The translations under genes were made by a program, and so were the position numbers. Positions 12,813 through 23,840 of a stretch of DNA of 64,000 nt are shown piece by piece. Within the stretch, counting starts at the first letter, position 1, and each line of letters opens with the position of its first letter. Origin of the DNA: Ophelia neglecta (Eukaryota); contig OZ260664.1 of NCBI GenBank assembly GCA_965285935.1, positions 48,856,001 through 48,920,000 on the forward strand, in the 5' to 3' direction. The notes below the pieces were generated by a model. The model saw nothing but the letters and a program-made list of their open reading frames with translations, had not been told where the DNA came from and made no database searches.

Positions 12813-15515
12813 GACTGAGAATCACATCTGGTATGGACATGTTAAGTCCCATGGCCAGTATCGGGTTGAGCTTGTCCTTAGTAACACACAGTAAGCCGAT
12901 AATTTGTGAGCTTTTGTGAGAGATAAATAATTATATACATGGATGATAACTATAACATTATATGCGGACTGTTTTTTTTTACAAGCCTTATTTGGTTTAA
13001 ATTATAATACAGTAACTTAAGACGAATGTAATATTTTCCTTTGGTGTGATACTTCGATTTAATTATAAATGAAATAGATAAGAAATAACAAATGAAAATT
13101 AACTTGGGGACAGAAAAATTGGTACTGGTTTTTTTCCTTCCGATCTACTTTCTATATGGTTTTAATTAACTAAATACTTATTAGTTTATGCCGTTTGAAT
13201 TCTTGTTACAAACGCATTAGTGTTGAGTGTCTATATAAATTTGTTCCGATTTGTATTTTGACAACACCGTAGGAAGCTAATGCAAATATCTGTTTAGAGG
13301 ATTTGGATTGGTGTTATCCGTTACCGAGCTATACCTTTTGAACAGCAATGTTTACCAGGTCAACTCTAGACACTAAAATATTGTACATTCTGTGGCGGAT
13401 GGAGGCACACAAGGAGGGCCTACTTGTCACATATAGATATACATGTACAAGGGAACGACTACAGGGAATACTGTATGACAAGTACCAGATTGTAGGAAAA
13501 AGTGGGCGTCGTGAAAAGCCCCCAATCAACCTTAGGTTCGGAAAAGGGAGGGCATTGTCTTAATTTGTGGATCCGTACTGACCTAGGGAAAGGGTTTTAA
13601 GGTTTCACCAAAGTTGTCCCGAACCTTACAACAGTCTTATCAATGTTCAAGCCGGTATATCTTTCTGTCCATATTGTTGATAATCCAAATATCTCTTGAT
13701 AAAGTGCTGTACCCGATATATGATAATAAATCATGCTACGAATGCCTGGAATTTTAGTCGAAATTTCCCTTTGAAATGCTGTAATATTTCGGCTCTCGAC
13801 GAGTATATACTTTTTCTGAATGCTTAATATAAATTCGAATGTAATACGATACCTAATCAACATACTGTATGTGATATAGCTTGGTGACTAAGCGGAATAC
13901 CTTTAGAGACTTTGATCATTCTGCCAAGAAACAAAGGAGTTTTAGTTAAGTCAAGTCAACAATACAACATATTATGTTATGTGCTTTTTAAACTTGAACA
14001 AGGTGTTATTGATTACTTCAGATGCCTGACGTAAAGACTACATTTTCTACTATAGAAAGGCCGGCAGAGAAAATTAATTTCTTGTGTATGGTTTATCCGT
14101 CTTAAGCATTCGGATTAAGTTCAATAACACGGCTGAATATCACCCTCTCGTGCTGAATGGATATATTGTAACGGCGAAGGCAAAGCTGTATCGAGAACTT
14201 GCCATGTGTGTGGACTGTTTATTCAGAACCAGACTATGCTTCATTAATTATTAATTAAAGAACAAATACAAGATGATATTTGAATTTTGAATCAAGGAAA
14301 TAGTCGTATCCATGTAATGCCTTTAAGTGTGCCTAAATTTGAAGAATTTATACTTTTGAAAGCTTGATTGTCTTTTATGAAGGCATTCAGTAGTTATATC
14401 AATATTAGAAAGCGTTGGCAAACAACACAACATGAGGCCCACTGTGCACATTATTTACCTAGACTCATCAATATTCATAAGGCAAATTGCAAATATAACC
14501 CAGTATTAGGTTATAAAAAATATAAATATGTTTAGCTATCAGGGTTCATTATCCGAAAACTTTTCCCTTAATTTAAACCATTCTATCTTTTCTAAAAATG
14601 TTTTTTAAACGATTAACTGAAACACGGATTTTTAATGCTCGAGCAATTGGCAATTCATTAATTGGCTTATTAACAAACAAATTATGGTTGTGAACATACA
14701 CATATATATATAACTATCGGACGATACATATCGATACAAAAATATACTGATAGCGCGCCCCTTTAAAGTTGAATTTCTGCGTAAATAAGCATTCAACATT
14801 TCTAGAATGTAGAAATGGTGTAGTGTTAAATAATTTAAATTCAATAACTGATTGGTTTCGTTCAATGACTCAACAAGAAACAGCATTCGTCAATAAGGTA
14901 AGTAATTGAAAACTATGCAAACGTGAAATTATACCGTAGAGGCTCTCAACATTCAACACACGTAAGAGTGATACATGTTAAAAAATAATAAAACATAAAA
15001 TCTATATAATTATATAATGAGTGCTTCAATAATATTCATTATTGTAGTCGACAACTCTAATACTGAACTGGTGTCTATTACTTTTCACAACGTTTGCACT
15101 GGATATTGTGAATTTGGAAAATACGTGATGAAGTACGCCTACTTGTGAATAATGAATGACCGACGAGAAATATATTGTTGGCCATAATTAATAGTCTGAG
15201 GGTGAACAACTGACAGCGTGAATTTGATTTCGCTGTTTCAACAGAGAAGTGAATATGATATATCAAAAAGTAATTACCGCGTGCACATGCGGTAAGAATC
15301 GCCAACTTTTATCCGCAGTGCATCGATTTCTCGGGAATATAATTTCGCATGATTCTAATTTCGCTTTACACGAGGAGAAAAATGCGCGACATTAAGTCTA
15401 TGGGCACAATATGTCTGTTACAATATTATACTGAGGGGATGAGGGATTTTTAAAAATACAATTTTGAAAATAAGAATAATACTTTTGGGTAGTGGGCATT
15501 ATAAGGATGGTAGGG

Positions 15516-17012
15516 CTAGGGTCTCAGTTCCGGTAAGTTGGATAAATCACACAAGTCCCCTTGAGAAGCTGCGATAGAGGGCGCGACCTCCGCTGTCGTT
15601 TGAGCATGAGGTTGCAGAACATCCTCCGAGCTTTCTACGTTGTCGATAGGTTCCCATGGCTGATATTCGTGTATCTCGTGGGTGACACTAAATCTCACTC
15701 GTCTCTTTTTGTCTATATCGTCCTGTACACTGGTAAACTCGCCCTTTTCGCTCATACTACCCGGGTAAATACAAATCCCGGAGTTACTCAAGGAGTTGGG
15801 GTCCACAGTTATGCAAAAGAATTCGCTCATTGATAGATTGGCCCTCGATATTTTGTCGACTGTTAAGTCTTGTTGGTTTTCCTGGACTCGTGTGTTTGCG
15901 TTATTGTGTTTATGTTTTCCCTTGTTGTCTATATCCCTGTCGGTGACATGATCGTCTGATTGTTCATGGAGACATCGAAGCTCCTCTTCTCCGTTGCTAG
16001 GAAGCGTTGAGTTACCTAACATAGAAGCGTGATCAAACGAAGAGACGCCGGAAATTACATCTTTGCTTCCAGTGTCTATGCATAGTTTTACGTCTTCTTT
16101 TGTTCCGAAATCGACTTCCGGTAGTTTGTGGTTATCTTGCTGAATACTTACGTTACCAACCTGGCCATTGACCAACGTTGGTTTATTCATTCCACTTTCT
16201 TCATTACCATTTACCACAAAGGGAAGTCGCTGTACATTGTCCGGGGCGGTTTGTGGTGCGCTCTGGGGATCTGATAATGCATTTTGGTCGCAATCCGTTG
16301 TGGCAGGTGCAAATGCTTCATTTTTCTTAACTCCAAAATGTTTCAATTTCATTTGGGTAAAGCTTGCACCTGAATTAACATTGTCACCGTAGTCAGTTCT
16401 GAGACGAGTACCCAGAGAAGAACCCATTCTTGTCAGCTCCCCTAGCTTTGCAATTTTATCTGTATCATTATGTCTGAATTCAAGAAAAGTGTTATGTGTA
16501 GGTTTTTTCGGGATTGGCAATCCGTGATTAGCACGAGTAAGGCCGAGAAGCCTGTTGTTAGCACTTCTCGTCCTGCCAGCTTCCGGTCTCGTCGTCTGCT
16601 TTGTTGCAGCGACCGAGGGAAGAACGACCGCGGATGAACTTTTCCTCCCCCACGCCTTCGTCTCATCCCACGGTTTCATACTCGGCAGGGTCCCCCCAAC
16701 TTTCTCATTTCGAGCAATCCACCACAGATTTTCAAAACTTACATTTGGTTCACTGCTGAGACTTCTTCCGTGTACCTTCAGTCGCTGTTTGGAGGATGAA
16801 GGTCCGGCGAGAGACCTGGGTTCCAAGTTAGACAGCGACTTTTGTAAAGGGGGTCGAGCCCCATAGTTGTTGCCATTGCTGCTGCCTTTTTTCACATTAA
16901 GTTTTTGTGAAGTACCAAAATATCCGTGAGACTGACCAAGATGAAATTGAAGCCAAGGCGACTGACCGTTGGCTACTTGGCCTTTTTCATCACGCAACTC
17001 TAAATATTCCAT
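15516..17012 (-). CDS. Single-exon ~498-aa uncharacterised, probably disordered protein with a C-terminal RVxF-type motif
   Basis: A 1.5-kb uninterrupted ORF in AT-rich DNA; first ATG at 17012 (MEYLELRDEK). S/N/K/D-rich with no recognisable globular domain. KKRRVRFSVTHEIHEY lies near the C-terminus. Confidence 0.7.
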   Translation of the reverse strand: MEYLELRDEKGQVANGQSPWLQFHLGQSHGYFGTSQKLNVKKGSSNGNNYGARPPLQKSLSNLEPRSLAGPSSSKQRLKVHGRSLSSEPNVSFENLWWIARNEKVGGTLPSMKPWDETKAWGRKSSSAVVLPSVAATKQTTRPEAGRTRSANNRLLGLTRANHGLPIPKKPTHNTFLEFRHNDTDKIAKLGELTRMGSSLGTRLRTDYGDNVNSGASFTQMKLKHFGVKKNEAFAPATTDCDQNALSDPQSAPQTAPDNVQRLPFVVNGNEESGMNKPTLVNGQVGNVSIQQDNHKLPEVDFGTKEDVKLCIDTGSKDVISGVSSFDHASMLGNSTLPSNGEEELRCLHEQSDDHVTDRDIDNKGKHKHNNANTRVQENQQDLTVDKISRANLSMSEFFCITVDPNSLSNSGICIYPGSMSEKGEFTSVQDDIDKKRRVRFSVTHEIHEYQPWEPIDNVESSEDVLQPHAQTTAEVAPSIAASQGDLCDLSNLPELRP

Positions 17013-17598
17013 TTTCAAGATACATGTAGCTATTTGGTGATATTTCCAAAAGGAGGGTGCTTTGGTATTACACTACTCCGATCCACCATAACTGAATTGT
17101 GTATTTCAATTTACTCGGTCTGCCGATTAATTTCTATATAATCCGTGGAATTTGGACGTTCAAATATCGTCTGCCCGCTGTGAGCTGCTATTACAGACCA
17201 AATTAGTAGTCCTTGTTCACCCGCGAATCGATCTGCCAATCAATCAGTGCTTTGTTCTGCTCATTAGGTCGCCTGGTGTGGACTGTAACCGCATTTTGTC
17301 GGTGTTCGTACCGAAGGCGCACGTCGATTCTGTCGCTAACAACCTAACCAGTTTTTCCTCTTTAGCCATCGCCACGAAAATCCCGATCCTATCTGCTTGC
17401 CGGTCACGCTTGCATTTAACTTAACACTTCAATGTAAGTACTTCACCTGCACATCGCTTTATCATTGCGCCCGACATGTGTGCTCAGAGAGGTTATCCAT
17501 GTCATTTATCTCCTTGCTTTACTTAGCTTTTCACAAAACATATGAGTTGAATGCAGATGTCATTCACCAAGCGGTCTTAAAATTATAACTCCCTGGCC

Positions 17599-17652
17599 CA
17601 AATCCACGAACACATAAAAGGCTCAAATCCGCGAACACATAAAAAAGGTTCA
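17599..17652. repeat. Short direct duplication (~25 bp, CAAATCC[A/G]CGAACACATAAAA)
   Basis: Two adjacent near-identical copies are visible. Confidence 0.8.
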
Positions 17653-19694
17653 TATAAATTTAGAGCTAAAAATGCAGCATTACGTACACATGTTATTTTA
17701 TCCAAAGACTTGTTTCCAATGCATGTACTGTTTGCTTCCGTTGCATATTTCTTCAGATGTGTATGAAGGTGTAATTCAATGAAAATTTAATAGGGCGCCA
17801 GCGGTTTTATATTACATTCCTAAGTGTCGGATATTTGTTTGAGGCGTAGATAAAAGCGATGTGTCTGAGAGAGGGAACTTGTTCTATCATATTGATCTTA
17901 TTCACATGTCTAGCCCGATTGCTATGTACGGCTGACAAGAATTGTCTAAGACATGAGACACTCACTCATGATTCAAACTAAGTACACACACGTCACTAAA
18001 GAATGGTCAATTTTTTATACTAAAAGCGTCATTGTCTATGGCATGCATTGAAAAGTTATATTAATATATAGCCTACACATGAGTGTACATATCTATACAT
18101 GCTTGGAGTGTGTGCAATCGATACTTTATAGTTTTCCTGCAACCGTAGAATTTTATAACATGACCACTTTCATGTTTATGAAGTGTGAATGCTCGCTTTT
18201 GATTTATTGAGGTTGTGTCGAATTGGTCTGTGCCCTGAAGTTGATCATGTTTTAGGCGGCGACTATTTCTTTGGTTTGCGTCTTATTTCGATATAAATAA
18301 TTGCGACGTATACGTGCGGCGTCTATTATTTATAGTCGTACTGTGTACGATCGATCATCGACCAGCAATTTAAAATAACAATTTGGCTAATGCACTTCAT
18401 TCTTAACTTGAACATTAAATCTTTCATTGATCTGCCCTCATGTAAGTCGCCTCAATGAATATTTAACTCTATTTCTAAAATGTCGCACCTGATCTAAATT
18501 TAAAGTTAATATGAAGCCCTGTCCACACGTGTGCACGATGTTTAGGTAAATGCAACTGTATTGGGAAGAAATTTAGTAACCACTTTCCTTTTTTCAATAT
18601 TTTTTCTTTTCTTTTGTGCTTGCTCAGAAAGCCAAGGGCGATTCGGCCGCGACGAAAGATGGACAAAGATAGATGTGCCATGCTGCGCAAAACTACATTA
18701 TCCACGCTGTCAGAAATAGTTCATGCAAAATGAGCACAGCAACATTTTTGTCGCTATATATATGCCAATTGAAATACTTTATAAATGTCCCCAATTTTAA
18801 TTGTAATTAACGTTTATTTATTGACTGGTGGTTCGGTGCTTAGTGGTAATAATTGTTTGTTCCATGGATATATAACCTACTGGTCTGGATAAACGAGTAA
18901 AAATTTCACACATAATAATATGTACTATATGCTCATAACACGTTTCATGTTTCGATGTCCTATTATAAGGCAGACGACAAAAAGGTGCTTTTAAAGAATC
19001 TATAATATTTATATAGTGTGTTTGTACTTCCCAATGATCTTTTGAAAAGACGTCTTCTTCTGCCCAGGCCCGCGCTTATTATTGATAAACAGTAAAGTAT
19101 ATCGGTCGAATGCATTTAATGGGCCTATATTAAATAGCATGTTTGCCGGAAGATCGTATATGAACAACCATTTAATTAGCCATACCGATAGACAGTGAAA
19201 TCCGATCTCAGCAGGCTCATGATGTGGTTATCAATTTCTTCCGGGCACAGTCAATAGAGAATGCACAAGGAGCTCTCCTATTACTATTTCACATTCATAA
19301 GCTTTGATCAATGGCGATGATCTCTAGTTGATCATGCTCCAGACACACAAGTGGGGGATATTATTACGAATATGTTCGACAAATGGTTTTTTAAACCAGC
19401 GTGAACATTTCTACCACAATTACAGTATTGACCTTCCTTGAACTCCCAATTGTGGCCATTCTGCCATTAGTTTAGTCATTTGCATAAAAAGTTCCAAATG
19501 CTGTATACTAACAGCTGGGGGTAGTTTTGTGCATAAGATAACCCAATCTGAATTCGGAGACTTCTGTACATCATTATTTTCCAGGACCCTAAAAATTGCC
19601 CCTGCATGGTTCCCAAAACTTTAGACTTGTGGGCAAGGATTGGACCCCGGTCTCTTTTGCAAGCAGTGCAATTTAGCTTAAAACAAATACACAG

Positions 19695-19935
19695 CACTGC
19701 GAAGAGGGAAGATGGTGAAAGAGGGCATATAGTAAAGTGCATCACATAAAATGTGCATGCTCCACGAAATAAGAGCCCGCTCCCCGGAAAAAACAGTGCG
19801 CTCCATGAAGAAAGAGAACGTTCCGCGAAATAAAGAAACCCCTTCAGGAAATAAAGAGCGCAAATAGTGAAAAGAGGAGCGTACATCACGAAGTGATAGC
19901 GCGCGAATGAAGAGGAGAGTGCGCTTTCAGAAAAA
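19695..19935. repeat. Highly degenerate ~20-bp tandem array (GCGC...GAAATAAAGA-like)
   Basis: GCGC/ACG blocks followed by GAAA(T/G)AAGAG-like purine runs recur at about 20-21 bp spacing. Confidence 0.5.
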
Positions 19936-20169
19936 TATGCCTAAAGTAAAACAGAGGCAGTTACATACACAGTGAGAAACAAAGCGCGCGCAACAAACGT
20001 ACTATAAATCTAAGCTACATCTTTTAGACACCGAGGAACCGAAATAAACAGTCAATTATAAAGCGAGGTGCTTGAGATCTTTTTAAATGTAATAATTTGC
20101 CTGTGCATGGCAGCGTTAATACATCGTGATAATTTGCCTTAATTACTTATATTATTGTGTGATAAAATG

Positions 20170-20362
20170 CCCTCGATGCACAAACATTTTTGAGACCCCC
20201 CCCCCCCCCACCTCCAACCCCCACCCCCTTAGATGATCTGCAACTTTTCTTGCACCCTCCGTTTGGGGGGTCAAATTTTAATGTCACCCCCCCCCCCCCC
20301 ACCCCCCAAAAAAAAACAAAAAAAATGTACCCCCCATCCAATAAATATTGCCCACTCCCTTC
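20170..20362. mobile_element. Probable MITE remnant with poly-C tracts
   Basis: C-homopolymer-rich block ending in ATAAATATTGCCCACTCCCTT, resembling the ends of small invertebrate non-autonomous DNA elements. The matching left end was not found. Confidence 0.4.
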
Positions 20363-20593
20363 CTTTCAGCAGTAGAGTAATGTAACTAAACCCTATCACC
20401 ATTAATGTTAACCAAATTCGTGACTATACTAAAACAAAATTGGCAAGCAGTATAGGCCAGTTATAACTTGATGTTGAATATTTTCTTCCTAGTAGTTCCA
20501 CAACAAAAGTGTTTCAACGAAAAGTATTACTGCTCATGTTCCCATACGACCACAACCGGCCACATATTTCACGTAGATCAAATACTAAATGAT

Positions 20594-20624
20594 ACTTCCT
20601 GTTTACGTCTTGCTAACCCACGTG
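20594..20624 (+). promoter_or_regulatory. Candidate ZNF593 proximal promoter motifs (ETS-like ACTTCCTG, E-box CACGTG)
   Basis: The motifs lie 60-90 bp upstream of the ZNF593 ATG. Both are short and could occur by chance. Confidence 0.3.
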
Positions 20625-20681
20625 AATAATCTTTTTCTCATTGATTTAAGATTTTATTAGATATATTTTCTGTTAAACACT

Positions 20682-22283
20682 ATGGGCCGTTATGCTAGGA
20701 AGAAACAACATAAGGGCGACAAACCGATGAAAGAAAAATACAGAACGAAGAGGAAAACGAAGGATTTGGATCAGATTCATGAAGACATGAAACCAACCAA
20801 CGCGGAGAAACTACTGAACCAAGACATCGATTACGACAGGACTGGAAATGCCCAGCATTACTGCTTACACTGCGCGTAAGTATGTTAATCAGTTCGTAGT
20901 TTAAGCTCACTGGATGGGGCCAGCTACAACATTATGTACCCCTAAACCTGCTGTACCTTTGGAGTACGTGACTGCAAGGCTATGTAAGCAGGTTAGGGCA
21001 TACTACTAGGAACGAGAGAAGTAAAAACCGGGCGGCAGATTTGCAGTAATGACCTTTGGCCTAACCTAAAACCACCACTAAAGTAACTTCCATCAATCTT
21101 TTGTATAGGTGTATGCATGTAGATTCCACAGTACACACAGCAAACTGCCATACCCCTAGGTCCTTAGTCACAATTTAAAGGGGTCTGAAGGGCATCATTT
21201 GATAGCCAGGTAAATAAACTGCCTGAAAATTATCTATATTGTTAGCTAGAAACAAATTTTGAGAGAAAATATGGGATTTTGTAGCACTGTTTTACTACTA
21301 CTGGCTGGCCAATTCGCTTATAATGGGGCTTCCAGATAATCGAGAACCCAGCTCTTTTCATTGTGCCATGATAGTTCATGCAAGATAAGTGATTCCATTT
21401 CATTTATTATATGGCACTAATTGGTCAAAGATTGTTCTCAGGTTATTCTGTGTTTTAGGTAAACGTTGAGGAAAAATTTTGGTAAAATTCAAACATTCAG
21501 TCCACATTTGGAATTAGAAGTATGAATATGTCATGCTACCAATTCTTCTTTTCCGTTATTTGAAAGCGCCTTGAGCAAATTTGTTTTCCAAAGTTATTAA
21601 TATATAGCCCCAGAATGAAACACAGAACTATTTCTTAGCAATCGTGACCTCCAACCCAAATCCCATTCTTATTAACAAATGTCAATTTGGGAAAATTGAT
21701 GAGCACAAGCATCTGACGTCAATGTTCGATGGCCGGTGCTGTTAGGTACCCTTCTGCTACATGTTTAAAGCATTTGCCATATAAACTTTTACTCTTTGAA
21801 CAGGATCGAAGCACAATTTATTGTAATAGCATATATACCAGTTATTAAAGCTGTTCATTTTGTGCCATTCATTTTATTTTGCAGTAAATATTTTGTGACT
21901 GAGAAGGCCTTGAAAGATCATGTCAAAAGCAAACCACATAAGAAAAGGTAAAACAGAATGATTAGTTCATAATAATAATACTATATTGGTATCTGAGCCT
22001 ATACATTGTATCTCACTCTGATTTAAATGCTTTGGTTAATTGTTTAAATGACACATGATTTATCTTGAGCGAATCTGTAGTAAACAAAATGCAGTCTGTT
22101 TCTCTTAGTTTGTTTGTCTGAAATGTTTAATTTTGTCCAAGGTTAAAAAAGCTAGAAACAGAGCCTTACACCCAGGAAGAAGCTGAACGAGCTGCAGGAA
22201 TGGGATCGTACAAGAAACCTGGAAAATTACATGTAGAAACACAACCAATGAAAGAATCAATGGACGAAGATGAGGATACATAG
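20682..22283 (+). CDS. ZNF593: Zinc finger protein 593 (Bud20 homologue, 60S ribosome maturation)
   Basis: Exons 20682-20875, 21885-21947 and 22142-22283 with GT/AG sites in frame. Protein reads MGRYARKK...[16 protein letters not shown]...[53 protein letters not shown], the ZNF593 signature. Confidence 0.97.
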
Positions 22284-23139
22284 CTATATGTTATTATTTG
22301 AGCTCCTTTGATTCTATTGTTAACATTTCAAATAAATGTTATAAAATATGTTCTTGTCTCTTTATGTTTGTTTGGTAAAAAAATTATACTTATCATAAAG
22401 GTTTTAACAATATGGAGTGCAAACCTATTGGCTGGAGTTTATATAAATAATTGGCAAGAGGATAAAAGTGGAAACCTAAAATTTCAGCAAGAAAATATAA
22501 ACTATACTTCACAATGATAGACTGTTAAAGTAGTTATAAAATACATGTATGATGACAAAAATTTGACCCATCACTGTAGTAGTACCAATGTAAAATATGC
22601 ACCCCTCTAGGTAAAGCAGTTTATTACATGTTATATAAATCTGCTCATTTAAAGTGAGAAAAGACAATACTTAAGGTTATAAGGGGAAAAAATATATATT
22701 ATCTACCCAGGTAAAAATAATAAGGCATACCCTTCTATTAAGACAAAAGTGGACCACAAATAAGTTAAATTTAAAGTTTAGCCTAAAATAGACCCATAAT
22801 TATATTAAAAACACCCATGTTGGCCTTTACCGTGCGGTAACACTTAAAGGTAGTAATGAACAGATGGCAAGGCAAAATTGGCTAAGTCCGAAAGTCGATG
22901 GAAAAAACAAAATTCTCGACGAAATCTCATCACCCGGCTTTGGGGCTAAAACTACTTTGGGTAAGCCGATCTAAGCTGATGAATAACGTACTTTTTATGG
23001 TATATTAACAGATAGATATCGCCTAATTGACGTTTTTTATATATTCGTAACGGATAAAGAACTGACAGTAAAAGGAAAGTTAGCAGATGAGTAGCGGAAG
23101 GGAAACGGATGGTAAACTTACACTGAGCTGACTAGTTAT

Positions 23140-23375
23140 CAGTCGAGGGCTCCAGCGGCATGGTTGTAGTTCAATCGCTTGAACTTCTCGGCAATGGGGC
23201 GCTGGTGTAGATGGCGGCTTCTTCACTTCCTCGGCGTACTCGTCCAAGATGGCCTGACACACCTGTATTACAATGATAGAGATGTTGTTATGAGGAATCG
23301 CCAACAATATAGGACATGTCAAGGTACTTCGCCCCAGAAGCAATACATCGGAGGGGTTATGGTCAACTTCAACCC
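23140..23375 (-). pseudogene. Degenerate PIF/Harbinger transposase fragment (DDE_Tnp_4 type)
   Basis: Across frameshifts it reads GLKLTIT..ASGAKYLDMSY..IPHNNISIIVIQVCQAILDEYAEEV..IAEKFKRLNYNHAAGALD*. This matches the Harbinger pattern GLKLAITLRHLASG..VPHNTIS..VCEAI..W.FPHA.GALDG. Confidence 0.8.
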
Positions 23376-23437
23376 TTTGTAACCCTATAAGATTACAGAG
23401 GCGTAAGAAGGAAAATGTGAGGGGGCCAACTTTACAT

Positions 23438-23554
23438 CAGCGGCATAAAAAGGATGGGGGGGGGGAACATATGATAGCCCATCCACTTTTTTTAAGTGGG
23501 GAGGGGGGCATGCCCCCCCATCCGTCCCCCCCCCCCCCGTTTCCTACGCCACTG
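23438..23554. mobile_element. hAT-type MITE (CAGTGGCGTA...CTACGCCACTG termini)
   Basis: Left end CAGCGGCATA, right end CTACGCCACTG, with G- and C-tracts inside. An additional left-end-like CAGAGGCGTA lies at 23396. No clear TSD. Confidence 0.6.
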
Positions 23555-23734
23555 TAAATTGATCTTTACATCCCATAAAACATTCAAATTCAATTATTGG
23601 CTGTGTAATGGGTTTGTAAATAACCTGCCCACAGGTAACTATATTTTTATGGTCAAGCCAACTGAGGACAGACGCTTCTGACCGCTGCTGCATTACACCA
23701 TTTTGACAGGGCAAATAGTGAGAGGGTTATCATT

Positions 23735-23840
23735 AAAAAGTGGGGAAGCGGGGGGGGGGCAAAACATATGATGGTCCCCCCCCACTTTTTCAAGGGGGGG
23801 CATGCCCCCCCCCCCCGGCCCCCCGCTTCTCACGCCACTG
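23735..23840. mobile_element. Second copy of the same MITE family, left end missing
   Basis: Shares AACATATGAT, CCACTTTTT, GGGGCATGCCCC and the terminal ACGCCACTG with 23438-23554. Confidence 0.6.

Noticed and set aside
14120-15300. Possible Crypton-like repeat remnants
   Set aside because: Only a vague motif resemblance, with no definable ends.
20190-20375. Poly-proline and poly-glycine ORFs
   Set aside because: They arise from C/G homopolymer tracts of a repeat remnant.
23080-23343. Apparent minus-strand exon (…tacag|GTGTGT…AGT|gtaagt)
   Set aside because: Better explained as a frameshifted Harbinger transposase relic.
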